Assembly (NCBI GenBank): GCA_030680695.1
Contig: JAUXUT010000149.1
Location: 357,000 to 420,999 of the forward strand
Source of the DNA: a bacterium
Lineage (GTDB): Bacteria > Patescibacteriota > Minisyncoccia > Phycocordibacterales > UBA6065
Reading direction: 5' to 3'
Length of the DNA stretch: 64,000 nucleotides
Below are positions 45,540 through 55,464 of this stretch, piece after piece. Each line of letters starts with the position of its first letter. Position 1 is the first letter of the stretch. Position numbers and translations under genes: made by a program. Below the pieces are notes generated by a model. It saw only the letters and a list, made by a program, of their open reading frames with translations, was not told the DNA's origin and made no database searches.

Positions 45540-46472
45540 CTATTTAAACAATCCCAGAAACACAATCGGATCCACAGACACTTCGTTGATACGGACGGTC
45601 AGATGCAGGTGTGCGGCCTCTGCATATCCCGTCTGCCCTGCCATGCCGATACGATTGCCGCGGCGAATCTTCTCGCCTTGCGCAACATCGATACGCGAAA
45701 GGTGCATATAAAAAGTCTGGACGCCTAGGCCGTGGTCTATGACGACAGTCTTGCCATAATTTCTTCCTTCCTGGACGAGCCGTACGATGCCGTCATTCAT
45801 GGCGAGAACCGGCGTGGTTTCGTTCGCACGGAAATCAGTGCCTTTGTGCGTGATGTTTTGGCCGACCGTGCTTCGCGAATATCCGTAATCGTCGGTTATG
45901 ATTGAATCCTTCAACGGATACGAGAAAGGTTTGTTCCACAATGACTGTGGCGCGGTCTCAAGGCCGAGGAGGCCCTTATTCTCTTGTTCAAGGGTGTTAA
46001 CGAGCGTCGTCGCGGCCGCAGGTGTATTGCCACCAAGCTTGGCTGGTATGCCAAAAGGTGCCTCGATTTTCGGGCGCTGATTCAGACGGATGTGCGAGCG
46101 AACGATGCGGCCGTCTGCAAATGATACGAGCACGGTCGATGTGGCTGGTTTTTCTTTTATATCAGAGCCATACAACGCCCAGGTCGCACCGTCGTATTCG
46201 AAGGGTGAGAGGACCTTTGGGCCGAGCATGATGTACCTGACGGACGCATCATCGGCACGGGCGACCATGACGGCGATTGGCTGACCCTGAATGGGGTTTT
46301 CTGGGTAGAACGAAACTATAGGCGCGGCAACTGGGGCGGCAGAGGCGATAGAGGCAGTAGAAGCGAAAATAATCGATATGAGGGCGACTGGGAGCATACT
46401 CGTATTATACGCGAACAGAAAAGCCGCCCGGTGATGGGCGGTTTTTCTTTTCATCAGCAGGCATCGTATCAT
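45540..46472 (-). CDS. secreted M23-family peptidase (LytM-like)
   Basis: Signal peptide; HKGTDF...VVIDHGLGVQTFYMHLSRIDV...GQTGYAEAAHLHLTV carries the M23 H-x-x-x-D and H-x-H motifs. Confidence 0.8.
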   Translation of the reverse strand: MIRCLLMKRKTAHHRAAFLFAYNTSMLPVALISIIFASTASIASAAPVAAPIVSFYPENPIQGQPIAVMVARADDASVRYIMLGPKVLSPFEYDGATWALYGSDIKEKPATSTVLVSFADGRIVRSHIRLNQRPKIEAPFGIPAKLGGNTPAAATTLVNTLEQENKGLLGLETAPQSLWNKPFSYPLKDSIITDDYGYSRSTVGQNITHKGTDFRANETTPVLAMNDGIVRLVQEGRNYGKTVVIDHGLGVQTFYMHLSRIDVAQGEKIRRGNRIGMAGQTGYAEAAHLHLTVRINEVSVDPIVFLGLFK

Positions 46473-46474
46473 GC

Positions 46475-47167
46475 CTAGTTCCTCTTGTCGCTTATGACCC
46501 TACCATCGTCGAGCTTCACCACGCGCTTGGCGAGCATACTGTATTCTTCTTCGTGGGTGACCATAATAATAGTCTGTCCTTGGGCGTGAATTTCCTCGAA
46601 AAGCTCCATGACCGTGCGCGAAGATTCATTGTCGAGGTTCGCGGTCGGTTCGTCTGCGAATAGTATCTGAGGCTTATGAGCCAAGGCACGGGCAACAGAC
46701 ACGCGTTGCTGTTCGCCTCCAGAAAGCTGCCCAGGGAGGTTTGTAAACCTGTGACCAAGGCCAACGCGTTCCAATGCTGTGTGGGCTTCCGTATAGGCGA
46801 CCATTTTGGACTTGCCTTGCATCATGAGAGGCAGTGCGACGTTCTCTTCTGCGGTGAGGTCCGGCAGAAGGGCGTAATCCTGGAATACATATCCGAGCTG
46901 ATTAAGACGGAACATGGTTTTCTCGTCCGGCGTCATGGCGTGGGTGTCGGTACCGAATACTATGATCTCACCTGACGTTGGCTCATCAAGGAGCGACAAC
47001 TGATACAAAAAGGTGGATTTACCTGCGCCCGATCGTCCGATGATGGCGATGAATTCCCCTTCCTCGACAGTGAAGTCTATGCCCTTCAATACGTGCGTTT
47101 CTTTATCGCCGTTCTTGAACGATTTTGTGAGGCCGCGTACTTCTATGAGTTTATTCTTGTATTTCAT
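46475..47167 (-). CDS. ABC transporter ATP-binding protein (MacB/FtsE/LolD type)
   Basis: IIGRSGAGKSTFL Walker A, LSGGEQQRVSVARAL signature and ILFADEPT Walker B. The true start is MKYKNK at 47167; the track's 47224 start would overlap the permease by 44 nt. Confidence 0.85.
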   Translation of the reverse strand: MKYKNKLIEVRGLTKSFKNGDKETHVLKGIDFTVEEGEFIAIIGRSGAGKSTFLYQLSLLDEPTSGEIIVFGTDTHAMTPDEKTMFRLNQLGYVFQDYALLPDLTAEENVALPLMMQGKSKMVAYTEAHTALERVGLGHRFTNLPGQLSGGEQQRVSVARALAHKPQILFADEPTANLDNESSRTVMELFEEIHAQGQTIIMVTHEEEYSMLAKRVVKLDDGRVISDKRN

Positions 47168-47180
47168 GGCTTTGGTATGA

Positions 47181-48428
47181 CTAGTTTCGTCCAAGGATAG
47201 AATCGAGGATATTCTTGCGCACAATCATACGAGCCGGTATGTATCCCGCAATGATAGTGGTAAAGACAAGAAGAGCGATGCGCAACATAGTCCCGTCGAG
47301 CGGCGCGACCAAGATGCCGTCGGAGAACGGAAAGTTAATCGGATTAGCCGCGATGTACGGCTGGAGAATAACGTACAGCACGAAAAGTCCAATGGACGAG
47401 CCGATGACCGCGTAAAATATCGACTGGAAAACATATGACGTTTCAATCGCTGTGCCGCTGATGCCGATTCCCTTCATGATACCGATGAACTTGCGGCGCG
47501 TGATGGCGTTTATGAAGATGACGATGAATATCGTAATCGAGGCGACGGCAAGACCGATCGAGCTGATCATGTTTCCGAGAAGGGCGAATGTGGCCTTGAT
47601 ATCTTGAAGAAACTTCGGCTGGGCATCCTCGAAAGTCTGGACGCGAGCAAACTCCCCCACGCCGGATCTGATTAAGCTGTCACGAACGACTACCGCACTG
47701 GCGCCAGGTTTTAGTTTGATGGATATTTCATCTACGTTATAGTCACCGCGGCCGATGAGCGAGCGGAACTGAGAATCGACCATAAAAACGCGGAATGCGA
47801 GTTCGTCTACTTTTGCTTGAATAATGCCCTTCACTGTGACTTCGCGCGTGATGCCGTTGACCGTAATGCGCACCTTGTCGCCGATATTGATGTCAGAAAG
47901 AGTTGTAAAGCCTGGTGATTCAATCGGCAAGTATTTTTTCAAAAGGTTGGCGCCGATAAGTACCTGATCATAATCGCCAGGTTCAAGGTATTCACCCTCG
48001 ACGATAAAGCGAGAAAGGTTAGTGGTCTGGTCTTCGGCCACAGGGTCAATGCCCACGAAACTACCGCCCGCGCGCTCGATCTCGTCTGGGTCTATCGCCT
48101 CTTTATAATGAGCTTCGATCGTGCCACCCTGCAGGTATCGGGCCGCAAAAACCTGCGCCTCGGGCAACGCCGCGACAATCGAAAGTACCTGCGGACTTTG
48201 CTCGATATAATCCTTCTTCGGCAGGTTAGATATGATGACGTCGCTCGTATAATAAATCTTGTTCGCCTCGACTGCGCCTTCGATCAAGCCAACAAGCACA
48301 CCAGACACCACCACAAGATTAAGGAATGTGAGTGCCATCACAAAAACGATAAGACTTGTTGTCCATATGCTCGCCCTGCGCACCTGGCGCAATGCGAGAA
48401 AGAATCCTATACGTATAAATTGAGGCAT
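47181..48428 (-). CDS. ABC transporter permease (FtsX/MacB-like, large extracytoplasmic loop)
   Basis: N-terminal TM, a ~230-aa periplasmic domain and three C-terminal TM helices, which is the FtsX-like topology. Confidence 0.7.
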   Translation of the reverse strand: MPQFIRIGFFLALRQVRRASIWTTSLIVFVMALTFLNLVVVSGVLVGLIEGAVEANKIYYTSDVIISNLPKKDYIEQSPQVLSIVAALPEAQVFAARYLQGGTIEAHYKEAIDPDEIERAGGSFVGIDPVAEDQTTNLSRFIVEGEYLEPGDYDQVLIGANLLKKYLPIESPGFTTLSDINIGDKVRITVNGITREVTVKGIIQAKVDELAFRVFMVDSQFRSLIGRGDYNVDEISIKLKPGASAVVVRDSLIRSGVGEFARVQTFEDAQPKFLQDIKATFALLGNMISSIGLAVASITIFIVIFINAITRRKFIGIMKGIGISGTAIETSYVFQSIFYAVIGSSIGLFVLYVILQPYIAANPINFPFSDGILVAPLDGTMLRIALLVFTTIIAGYIPARMIVRKNILDSILGRN

Positions 48429-48446
48429 GTGGTGATATTACTCTTC

Positions 48447-49916
48447 CTATTTCGCAGGATTAAGGAATATTGTTTCGCCTTCCGTGAGCCCGGACAAAAC
48501 CTCGACGTTGCCGCGGGAATCGGTCGAACCTGTAACTACGATGCGCTCTTGCGCGGACTCGGTCGCCATAAAGACAATTTTCTGGCCATCACGGTCGAGC
48601 ACGGCACGAGAAGGAACCATGACAGTCTCTGGCTTGCGTAGGGTTTCAATCGAAACGTTGGCCGTCATACCAGGGCGAACACGTATGTCCGACTCCTTGA
48701 AAGCGAGTTCGATTTTGTAGTTTGAGACACCATCACGAACGGTCTCAGCAGGATCAATATGCGACACTGTCGCAAAGAACTTTTCTGTCGAGCCATAGGC
48801 GTCGAGGGTGATTTCCGCCTCGTTGCCAATGCGTATACCAGCGATCGAAACCTCTGGCACAAAGGCTTCTATTTTCAGGTCTGGGCTTATAACAGAAACA
48901 AGGGTAGCGTTCTGTGACACAGTCTCGCCCACTTTCGCATCCTGACGCGATACGATGCCGGCAAACGGCGCACGAATAGTGGTGTCAGAAAGCTGGGCGC
49001 GATATGCGGCCACGTTCGCCTCGGCAGCAGCCACGCGGGCGGCTTGCACCGACACATCCGAAAATACGCCGCTCACACGGTCGGTCTGGGATGCGAGATC
49101 GGTGAGGGCTGAGTTCACAGCACTGCGGGCCGATGCAATGTCGGTGCGATATTTATCAATAGTCGCCTGGGTAAGATTCGAATTTGTCTCCATGGTGTTG
49201 ACCGCTATCGCTACATCGTTCAGAAAAGCCACAACGGTCGCACCATATGACTTGGACAAGGCGAGTGCCTCGGCCGCACCAGCAGAATTATTGCCGATGG
49301 TCGCTGCAAGCAAAGACCAACGTGTAAAAACGTCCTCGACATCAATACGGGAGGAGTTAATCCTCATGCGTAGTTCATATCCCTTGAATGACGGCATGAT
49401 TTCTGGGTTTTGAGAACTCGGATTGGTGAAAAGCTGGTCCACCTTGTTGTGGACGGCGTCATCAGCCGCCGTATAGGCGGTGACAATTTTCTGGGCGGTT
49501 TCACCCTGAACGTTATCAACCTTGGCCGCGCCCGTCGAACCAGTCGTACCAACCGAACCACCCTGGAGGGCCGAGAGCTCGGCACGCGCCGCGACGAGAT
49601 CAGATTCGGCCTTCAAAAGATTCGCAGCCACGCTCGCCTTGTCGAGTTCGACGATTGCCTCGCCTGCCCTGACCGAATCTCCCACTGATTTATTCACACT
49701 AGACACAGTGCCACCTGCGGTAAAGGCGAGGTTGGCACTCTGGCGAGAAACCACCTTGCCCGATACGCGCACAGATCGCACAAGGTCCCCTTTTGCGACG
49801 ACGGCCGTTTCTCGCTTACCATTACCATCACCAGTAAACGCAAAGCCCGCTATCGCAAGCACGATGATAATAGCGCCAATAACCAGTCCTTTCTTGCCTT
49901 TAAAGTATTTCTTCAT
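48447..49916 (-). CDS. HlyD/MacA-family periplasmic adaptor (membrane fusion protein)
   Basis: N-terminal TM, biotinyl/lipoyl-like hairpin, long coiled coil and beta-barrel. The C-terminal region TVMVPSRAVLDRDGQKIVFM is typical of membrane fusion proteins. Confidence 0.65.
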   Translation of the reverse strand: MKKYFKGKKGLVIGAIIIVLAIAGFAFTGDGNGKRETAVVAKGDLVRSVRVSGKVVSRQSANLAFTAGGTVSSVNKSVGDSVRAGEAIVELDKASVAANLLKAESDLVAARAELSALQGGSVGTTGSTGAAKVDNVQGETAQKIVTAYTAADDAVHNKVDQLFTNPSSQNPEIMPSFKGYELRMRINSSRIDVEDVFTRWSLLAATIGNNSAGAAEALALSKSYGATVVAFLNDVAIAVNTMETNSNLTQATIDKYRTDIASARSAVNSALTDLASQTDRVSGVFSDVSVQAARVAAAEANVAAYRAQLSDTTIRAPFAGIVSRQDAKVGETVSQNATLVSVISPDLKIEAFVPEVSIAGIRIGNEAEITLDAYGSTEKFFATVSHIDPAETVRDGVSNYKIELAFKESDIRVRPGMTANVSIETLRKPETVMVPSRAVLDRDGQKIVFMATESAQERIVVTGSTDSRGNVEVLSGLTEGETIFLNPAK

Positions 49917-49963
49917 ATTTGTGCCGTCCAGTATACGATATAAGGACGAGTCTTATCAAAGGG

Positions 49964-50542
49964 CTATTTCTCGGTGTTCCTCCGGAGCCATGCGCGTACA
50001 TTACGCACGATAAGGTTAAGGGTGATGACCGCGAGAATGGAAAGGACGATGATACGGAACTCGTACCTGCGTATATCGCCCAGTATTGCCTCTAAAACAT
50101 CGCCGGCCAAGTATCCCGCGCTTACAAATATAATCGCCCAACAAACCGCCCCGAGCGCATTCCACATAAGGAACCGCGAGGTAGGAATACTTGTTGTGCC
50201 CATGCTAAACGGCACGACATGTCGAAATCCGTACATGAACCGCATTGAAAAGGATGCAATTTCTGGCCTCCTTTCAACAAAGGCGCTCGGCCTGCGTATG
50301 AGGTGTCGAAAATATGGGAAACGCGCGAATATCCAGTCTCTTTTGTACCTGCCAAGGAAGAAGAAAGACCAGTCTCCAACGACTGCTCCTATAGCGGCGA
50401 ACAATACGAGCATGGAAAATGACAGGTATTCACCGTGAGAGGAAAGGCCGCCCAGCAATACTACCGATTCACCTTCGAATATTGATCCAACAAAAACGGC
50501 GAGGTAGCCATATGACTCGATGAATTGGGTGACTGGGAGCAT
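49964..50542 (-). CDS. DedA-family (SNARE-associated) membrane protein
   Basis: ESYGYLAVFVGSIFEGESVVLLGGL... is the DedA signature [F/Y]-x-x-x-R-x-x-x-G region. Confidence 0.7.
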   Translation of the reverse strand: MLPVTQFIESYGYLAVFVGSIFEGESVVLLGGLSSHGEYLSFSMLVLFAAIGAVVGDWSFFFLGRYKRDWIFARFPYFRHLIRRPSAFVERRPEIASFSMRFMYGFRHVVPFSMGTTSIPTSRFLMWNALGAVCWAIIFVSAGYLAGDVLEAILGDIRRYEFRIIVLSILAVITLNLIVRNVRAWLRRNTEK

Positions 50543-50640
50543 GGTTGTGTCATGCTATCACATAGTGAATAGTGTCGGGAATCGGTCACGGGTCCTCGCC
50601 TGCTGACTCGGCCCGCGTTATGTCTGCTTTTTCTTTGCGT

Positions 50641-50712
50641 TGTGACCCTACGGGGAATCGAACCCCGATTACAGCCTTGAAAAGGCCGTGTCCTAACCGT
50701 TAGACGATAGGG
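50641..50712 (-). tRNA. tRNA-Glu (anticodon TTC)
   Basis: Reverse complement gives GGCCCTA...TAGGGTC-A; anticodon stem CGGCC/GGCTG with loop TTTTCAA; T-arm CGGGG-TTCGATT-CCCCG. Confidence 0.8.
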
Positions 50713-50802
50713 CCGGATAAACTTTCCGACGGCTATCAATATAGCCCTTTTTTGCCTTTTTGGCAAAAAAGGGCTAGTATGATGCGGCTAAGACAACACC
50801 AT

Positions 50803-50889
50803 GGAGAGGTGGCAGAGTGGTCGAATGCACCAGTTTCGAAAACTGGCAGGCTCGCAAGGGTCTCGGGAGTTCGAATCTCCCCCTCTCCG
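50803..50889 (+). tRNA. tRNA-Ser (anticodon CGA), class II
   Basis: GGAGAGG acceptor pairs with CCTCTCC; anticodon stem CCAGT/ACTGG with loop TTCGAAA; long variable arm; T-arm GGGAG-TTCGAAT-CTCCC. Confidence 0.85.
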
Positions 50890-50895
50890 CAAGAC

Positions 50896-50926
50896 CAAAA
50901 AATCCATGCGAAGGCATGGATTTTTT
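50896..50926. terminator. perfect bidirectional terminator after tRNA-Ser
   Basis: AAAAAATCCATGC-gaag-GCATGGATTTTTT. Confidence 0.65.
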
Positions 50927-51119
50927 GCGTCTCTGCGGCAGAGTAAAGAGATGAGAAAGGCGGAGCGCCCGAGCGAAGCGAGGCCTCCCACATGGGAGGC
51001 TTTGTTATTCTCAAATCTTTATAAAATCTGGCGAGATGTAATTACCCCCTTATTATACACCCAAACATAGGTATTTGTCAAGCACCTCTCAGCACCACAC
51101 ATAAGGTAAGATTATTTCC

Positions 51120-51461
51120 ATGATAAAGGAACAATTCACAGGCTTTTTCCATTTCGTCCGCACACAAGGTGTGGCCGGTTTTGCAATAGGCTTCATCCTC
51201 GGTCGGGCGGTGTCGGACCTTATTGGCTCGTTCGTAAATGACATCATAAACCCTGTTATTGGTCTGGCGCTCACCCGTTTTACTGACCTCGCTTCCCTGT
51301 CTGTCTCGATCAATGGCTCGACCATCGGATATGGCAAGTTCATCTCGCTTTTCATCAACTTCCTCATCCTTGCGGCGGTCGTGTATTTCGGTATAAAAAA
51401 GCTTTCCGAGAAGTTCGATCAGCCGAAAGATGCCCCGCTTGCCCCGGGTGTGAAGAAATAG
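51120..51461 (+). CDS. mscL: large-conductance mechanosensitive channel
   Basis: MIKEQFTGFFHFVRTQGVAGFAIGFILGRAVSDLIGSFVNDIINPVIGLAL matches the MscL TM1 and periplasmic loop consensus. Confidence 0.8.
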   Translation: MIKEQFTGFFHFVRTQGVAGFAIGFILGRAVSDLIGSFVNDIINPVIGLALTRFTDLASLSVSINGSTIGYGKFISLFINFLILAAVVYFGIKKLSEKFDQPKDAPLAPGVKK

Positions 51462-51475
51462 TAAAGTGTCCTTAT

Positions 51476-51552
51476 GCGCGCTTAGCTCAGTTGGCTAGAG
51501 CATCTCATTGACGTTGAGAGGGTCGGGGGTTCAAGTCCCTCAGCGCGCACCA
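51476..51552 (+). tRNA. tRNA-Val (anticodon GAC)
   Basis: GCGCGCT acceptor pairs with AGCGCGC-A-CCA; TAGCTCAGTTGGCTAGAGC D-arm; anticodon stem TCTCA/TGAGA with loop TTGACGT. Confidence 0.85.
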
Positions 51553-51553
51553 C

Positions 51554-54220
51554 ATGGACTGGTACAAGCTTTCTCCTTCAGAAACGTTCGCCGAGCTCGG
51601 TTCAAGAGAACACGGACTTTCCGATGCCGAGGCAAGGCGAAGGCTCGCAGAAAAAGGCCCTAATTCCCTGCCCGAGGCCAAGACAGACTCCCTGATTTCA
51701 ATATTCTTACGGCAATTCGCGAGCCCTATCATATATATACTCCTGGGCGCCGCCACGATTGTCCTTCTGCTCGGTGACATCGTGGACGCCTCGATCATCG
51801 CGGCGGTGCTTTTCATAAACGCGATTGTCGGTGCAGTCCAAGAAGGCCGCGCGCAGAACACGATGGCAGCCCTGCGTCGCATGGTGCAGACAACCGCTGT
51901 TGTGCTCCGTGATGGCAAAGAAGCGATCATGCCGTCCGAACAGGTTGTCCCCGGCGACATCATCGTCCTTCGTGAAGGCGACAAAGTTCCTGCCGACGCC
52001 CGTATCGCTGAATCGAACGCCTTGAAAGCCGAGGAAGCGGCCCTAACTGGTGAATCATCGTCCGTGCTTAAAATGAGTGATTCGATCGCGGCCAACGACT
52101 TGCCTGCATCAGACCAAACAAACATGGTGTTCCGCGGAACATACATCATCGGGGGCGACGCACGAGCGGTTGTTGTTGCAACTGGCAAGGATACAGTTAT
52201 CGGTGGCATATCGCAGATGCTTGAATCGCTCGACACTGAAGTGCCTTTGAAGGCGAGCATCCGCAAGCTTTCTCATATTATCGTTGGTGTGGTTCTTTCT
52301 GTATGTGCTCTGATATTTACTATCGGAATAATGCGAGGCATACCGTTCGAAGATATGTTCGTCACCGCCGTTGCGGTCGCCGTATCGGCGACACCTGAAG
52401 GTCTGCCTGTTGTTGTGACAATTGTGCTCGCAGCAGGAATGTATCGCATGAGCCGCCAAAACGCCCTTGTAAGGAAGCTTCAGGCAGTCGAGGCGCTCGG
52501 ACAAGCGACCGTTATCGCCGTAGACAAGACAGGCACCATCACTCTCAACCAAATGGCCGTTGAAAAGCTCTGGGTATCATCAGGTATGCATGACATCGAG
52601 GCGAACGGATACAATCCCGAAGGCGGAGTTTCCATGAACGGAAATAAACTCGAACCACTCGACCATGCAGATTTGCTCGCCGCAGGAAGGATCGCGGCCT
52701 TCACGGCTGGATCTGCTATCGCATATTCCGAAGAGGAAAAAGAATGGAAACGTCTTTCTGGCGACCCTACCGAAACCGCCCTTCTCATCTTGTCGAAAAA
52801 AATCGGCTTCGAAAAATCCGTCCTTGAATCAGAACATCCGCGCGCCCTCGACATTCCGTTCAGTTCTCATACCAAATACCACGCATCTATTAATAAGACA
52901 CCTGACGGTCTCTCCTTCTCGGTGGCTGGAGCTCCGGAAGTTGTGCTCGAAAACAGTTCGACCATATGGAAAAACGGAAAATCTGTGCGCCTTACAAACG
53001 AGGACAAAAGCGCCATTGAATCGGCCTTACTCGGTATGTCGTCGCTCGGTCTGCGCGTTGTTGCTCTTGCTGTACGAATGGGTCATGAATCGGCGATCGT
53101 GCCCGATTCCCTGCCAGAACTTTGTTTCGTCGGCCTCGCCGGTATAAGTGACAGTGTACGAAGCGATGTGAACGACGCACTTAGACGCGCCCAAGAAGCT
53201 GGGGTAAAAACCGTAATGATAACCGGCGACCATCCTGAAACCGCCAGGGCCATAGCCCAAAAGGTCGGCATATGGAAAGAAGGCGACCGTGTGATAACCG
53301 GAAAAGACCTTGCAGCCTTAAACGAAGTGGAGCTTGCCCATGTCCTTGGCGAAACAAGTGTATTCGCTCGCGTCGCACCACAAGACAAGCTCAAAATAAT
53401 CGAGGCCTATCGCAAGCGCGGCGACACGATTGCGATGACGGGTGACGGAGTGAACGACGCACTATCCCTCGCCGCAGCTGACCTTGGTGTAGCCATGGGA
53501 AAAATTGGTACTGAGGTGGCCAAAGAAGCCGCAGACATCGTCCTTCTCGATGACAGTTTTGCGAGCATCGTCGCCGCGATTGAAGAAGGTCGAAACGTGT
53601 ACCGATCTATCAAGAAAGTTATACTTTATCTGTTCTCTACTTCTATCGGCGAGATACTGACCATAACTTTCGCCATGATTATTGGCTTCTCGATTCCTTT
53701 GCTTGCCACCCAGATTCTTTGGTTGAACTTCGTCACAGGTAGTTTCCTTGTCATATCGCTCGCCCTTGAACCGCGCGAAAAGAATCTTCTCATGCCATCC
53801 AAGCGCAAAACATCTCTCATTGATCGCCTTATGGTTGGAAGAATACTGCTCATCGCCCCAACTATGGCGATTGTCTCGCTTATAATGTTTGCTTCTTATA
53901 TCGAACAAGGATTTGTTGTTGCCTCGACTGTTGTGCTCTGTACCCTTGCTGTATGTCAGTGGTATCACACATTCAATTGCCGCACGGAAAGGCATTCGGT
54001 ATTTGGACGGACACTTTGGAGAAATAAATATCTCCTTGGTGCAATCGCTCTTGTTGTCGGACTTCAGATGCTTGCTGTATACGCGCCGTTCATGCAGAAA
54101 ATCCTCTACACTACACCAATTGGATTATCAGACTGGCTGATTATCGCCGGTGCGTCGCTCGCTGTGGTTCTCGTCGAAGAAATCCGCAAGGCGTTCGTCC
54201 GTCTGACCGTCAGTAAATAA
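51554..54220 (+). CDS. P-type cation-transporting ATPase (type IIA Ca2+-ATPase-like)
   Basis: DKTGTITLNQM phosphorylation site, TGDHPETARAIA, GDGVNDALSLAAADLGVAMG hinge, and 10 TM helices. The ATG is 1 nt after the tRNA-Val CCA. Confidence 0.9.
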   Translation: MDWYKLSPSETFAELGSREHGLSDAEARRRLAEKGPNSLPEAKTDSLISIFLRQFASPIIYILLGAATIVLLLGDIVDASIIAAVLFINAIVGAVQEGRAQNTMAALRRMVQTTAVVLRDGKEAIMPSEQVVPGDIIVLREGDKVPADARIAESNALKAEEAALTGESSSVLKMSDSIAANDLPASDQTNMVFRGTYIIGGDARAVVVATGKDTVIGGISQMLESLDTEVPLKASIRKLSHIIVGVVLSVCALIFTIGIMRGIPFEDMFVTAVAVAVSATPEGLPVVVTIVLAAGMYRMSRQNALVRKLQAVEALGQATVIAVDKTGTITLNQMAVEKLWVSSGMHDIEANGYNPEGGVSMNGNKLEPLDHADLLAAGRIAAFTAGSAIAYSEEEKEWKRLSGDPTETALLILSKKIGFEKSVLESEHPRALDIPFSSHTKYHASINKTPDGLSFSVAGAPEVVLENSSTIWKNGKSVRLTNEDKSAIESALLGMSSLGLRVVALAVRMGHESAIVPDSLPELCFVGLAGISDSVRSDVNDALRRAQEAGVKTVMITGDHPETARAIAQKVGIWKEGDRVITGKDLAALNEVELAHVLGETSVFARVAPQDKLKIIEAYRKRGDTIAMTGDGVNDALSLAAADLGVAMGKIGTEVAKEAADIVLLDDSFASIVAAIEEGRNVYRSIKKVILYLFSTSIGEILTITFAMIIGFSIPLLATQILWLNFVTGSFLVISLALEPREKNLLMPSKRKTSLIDRLMVGRILLIAPTMAIVSLIMFASYIEQGFVVASTVVLCTLAVCQWYHTFNCRTERHSVFGRTLWRNKYLLGAIALVVGLQMLAVYAPFMQKILYTTPIGLSDWLIIAGASLAVVLVEEIRKAFVRLTVSK

Positions 54221-54224
54221 AATT

Positions 54225-55391
54225 ATGAGAATACTCGGCATAGAAACATCCTGCGACGAGACTGCCATCAGCATCATCGACGTTGATGAGGCCGCTAATT
54301 CGGTCCGTGTCCTCGCAAACATCGTGCATACGCAAATGGATTTGCATACGCCTTATGGTGGAGTCTTTCCTATGCTTGCCAAACGTGAACACGCTAAAAA
54401 CCTCGTGCCTGTACTCAAACAAGCGCTCGATGCGGCGGCCATGCACACACCAGGCACAACCTCAATCGACCTCGCACAGACCGAGGAAATACTTAAACTC
54501 GAGCCAGAACTTTTCACGGCCTTCAAAGCGTTTGTGCCGACCATCGCAAAGCCAAACATAGACTTGATATCAGTCACTGCAGGACCGGGCCTTGAACCAG
54601 CTCTTTGGGTCGGTATTGGATTCGCTCGTGCCCTATCGCTCGCTTGGAATGTACCTGTCGTACCTGCAAACCACATGGAAGGCCATGTCCTCGCTGCGCT
54701 CATTGCACCAATCTCGGAAGGCGCATATGACCTCCTTAATCGAAGAATTCTATATCCTGCCCTTTCACTTCTCATTTCAGGGGGCCATACACAGATTGTC
54801 GTCACTGATGCAGTTGGTTCGTATCGCATCGCCGGTGACACGCGCGACGATGCGGTTGGAGAGTGTTTCGACAAGGTCGCTCGCACTCTCGGCCTCGCAT
54901 ATCCTGGCGGACCAAAAGTTTCAAAACTTGCTGCCGAGGCGCGCGCCGAAGGAATCGAATCACCTGAACCATTGCCACGACCGATGATAGATTCTCCCGA
55001 CCTAGACTTCTCATTCTCTGGCCTCAAAACCGCCGTATTGTATCTAACTAAACGCGTAACACTCGACGAACGCACAATCAAAGGCATTTGCCGTGAGGCC
55101 GAAGACGCTGTGACCGACGTACTTGTTGCCAAGGTCCGGAAAGCGATTGAAATATATGCCGTCGAAACCATGATTGTGGGCGGGGGCGTCATTGCCAACC
55201 CACACATCAGACAGGCGCTTGAACGACTCGCCGTAGATTCGACCGTAAAACTTCTCTTGCCCCATACAGACCATTCAACAGACAATGCCCTCATGATGGC
55301 TCTTGCGGGTTATTTCAATACTGACAAGGCTTTGCAACCAGGCGCAGACATAGTCGCCAAAGGCACCCTCCCTATCGGTCCACGCGCCTGA
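54225..55391 (+). CDS. tsaD: tRNA N6-adenosine threonylcarbamoyltransferase
   Basis: MRILGIETSCDETAISII...GGVFPMLAKREH matches the Kae1/TsaD metal-binding H-x-x-x-H region. Confidence 0.9.
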   Translation: MRILGIETSCDETAISIIDVDEAANSVRVLANIVHTQMDLHTPYGGVFPMLAKREHAKNLVPVLKQALDAAAMHTPGTTSIDLAQTEEILKLEPELFTAFKAFVPTIAKPNIDLISVTAGPGLEPALWVGIGFARALSLAWNVPVVPANHMEGHVLAALIAPISEGAYDLLNRRILYPALSLLISGGHTQIVVTDAVGSYRIAGDTRDDAVGECFDKVARTLGLAYPGGPKVSKLAAEARAEGIESPEPLPRPMIDSPDLDFSFSGLKTAVLYLTKRVTLDERTIKGICREAEDAVTDVLVAKVRKAIEIYAVETMIVGGGVIANPHIRQALERLAVDSTVKLLLPHTDHSTDNALMMALAGYFNTDKALQPGADIVAKGTLPIGPRA

Positions 55392-55416
55392 CCGAAACAC
55401 TCACACAAGACAAGAA

Positions 55417-55450
55417 AAGCCGCTCCTTTCGGAGCGGCTCGAGATTTTTA
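55417..55450. terminator. bidirectional terminator between tsaD and the 55465-55875 gene
   Basis: AGCCGCTCCtttcGGAGCGGCT followed by cgagaTTTTTA. Confidence 0.55.
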
Positions 55451-55464
55451 TGACCACCCACGAC

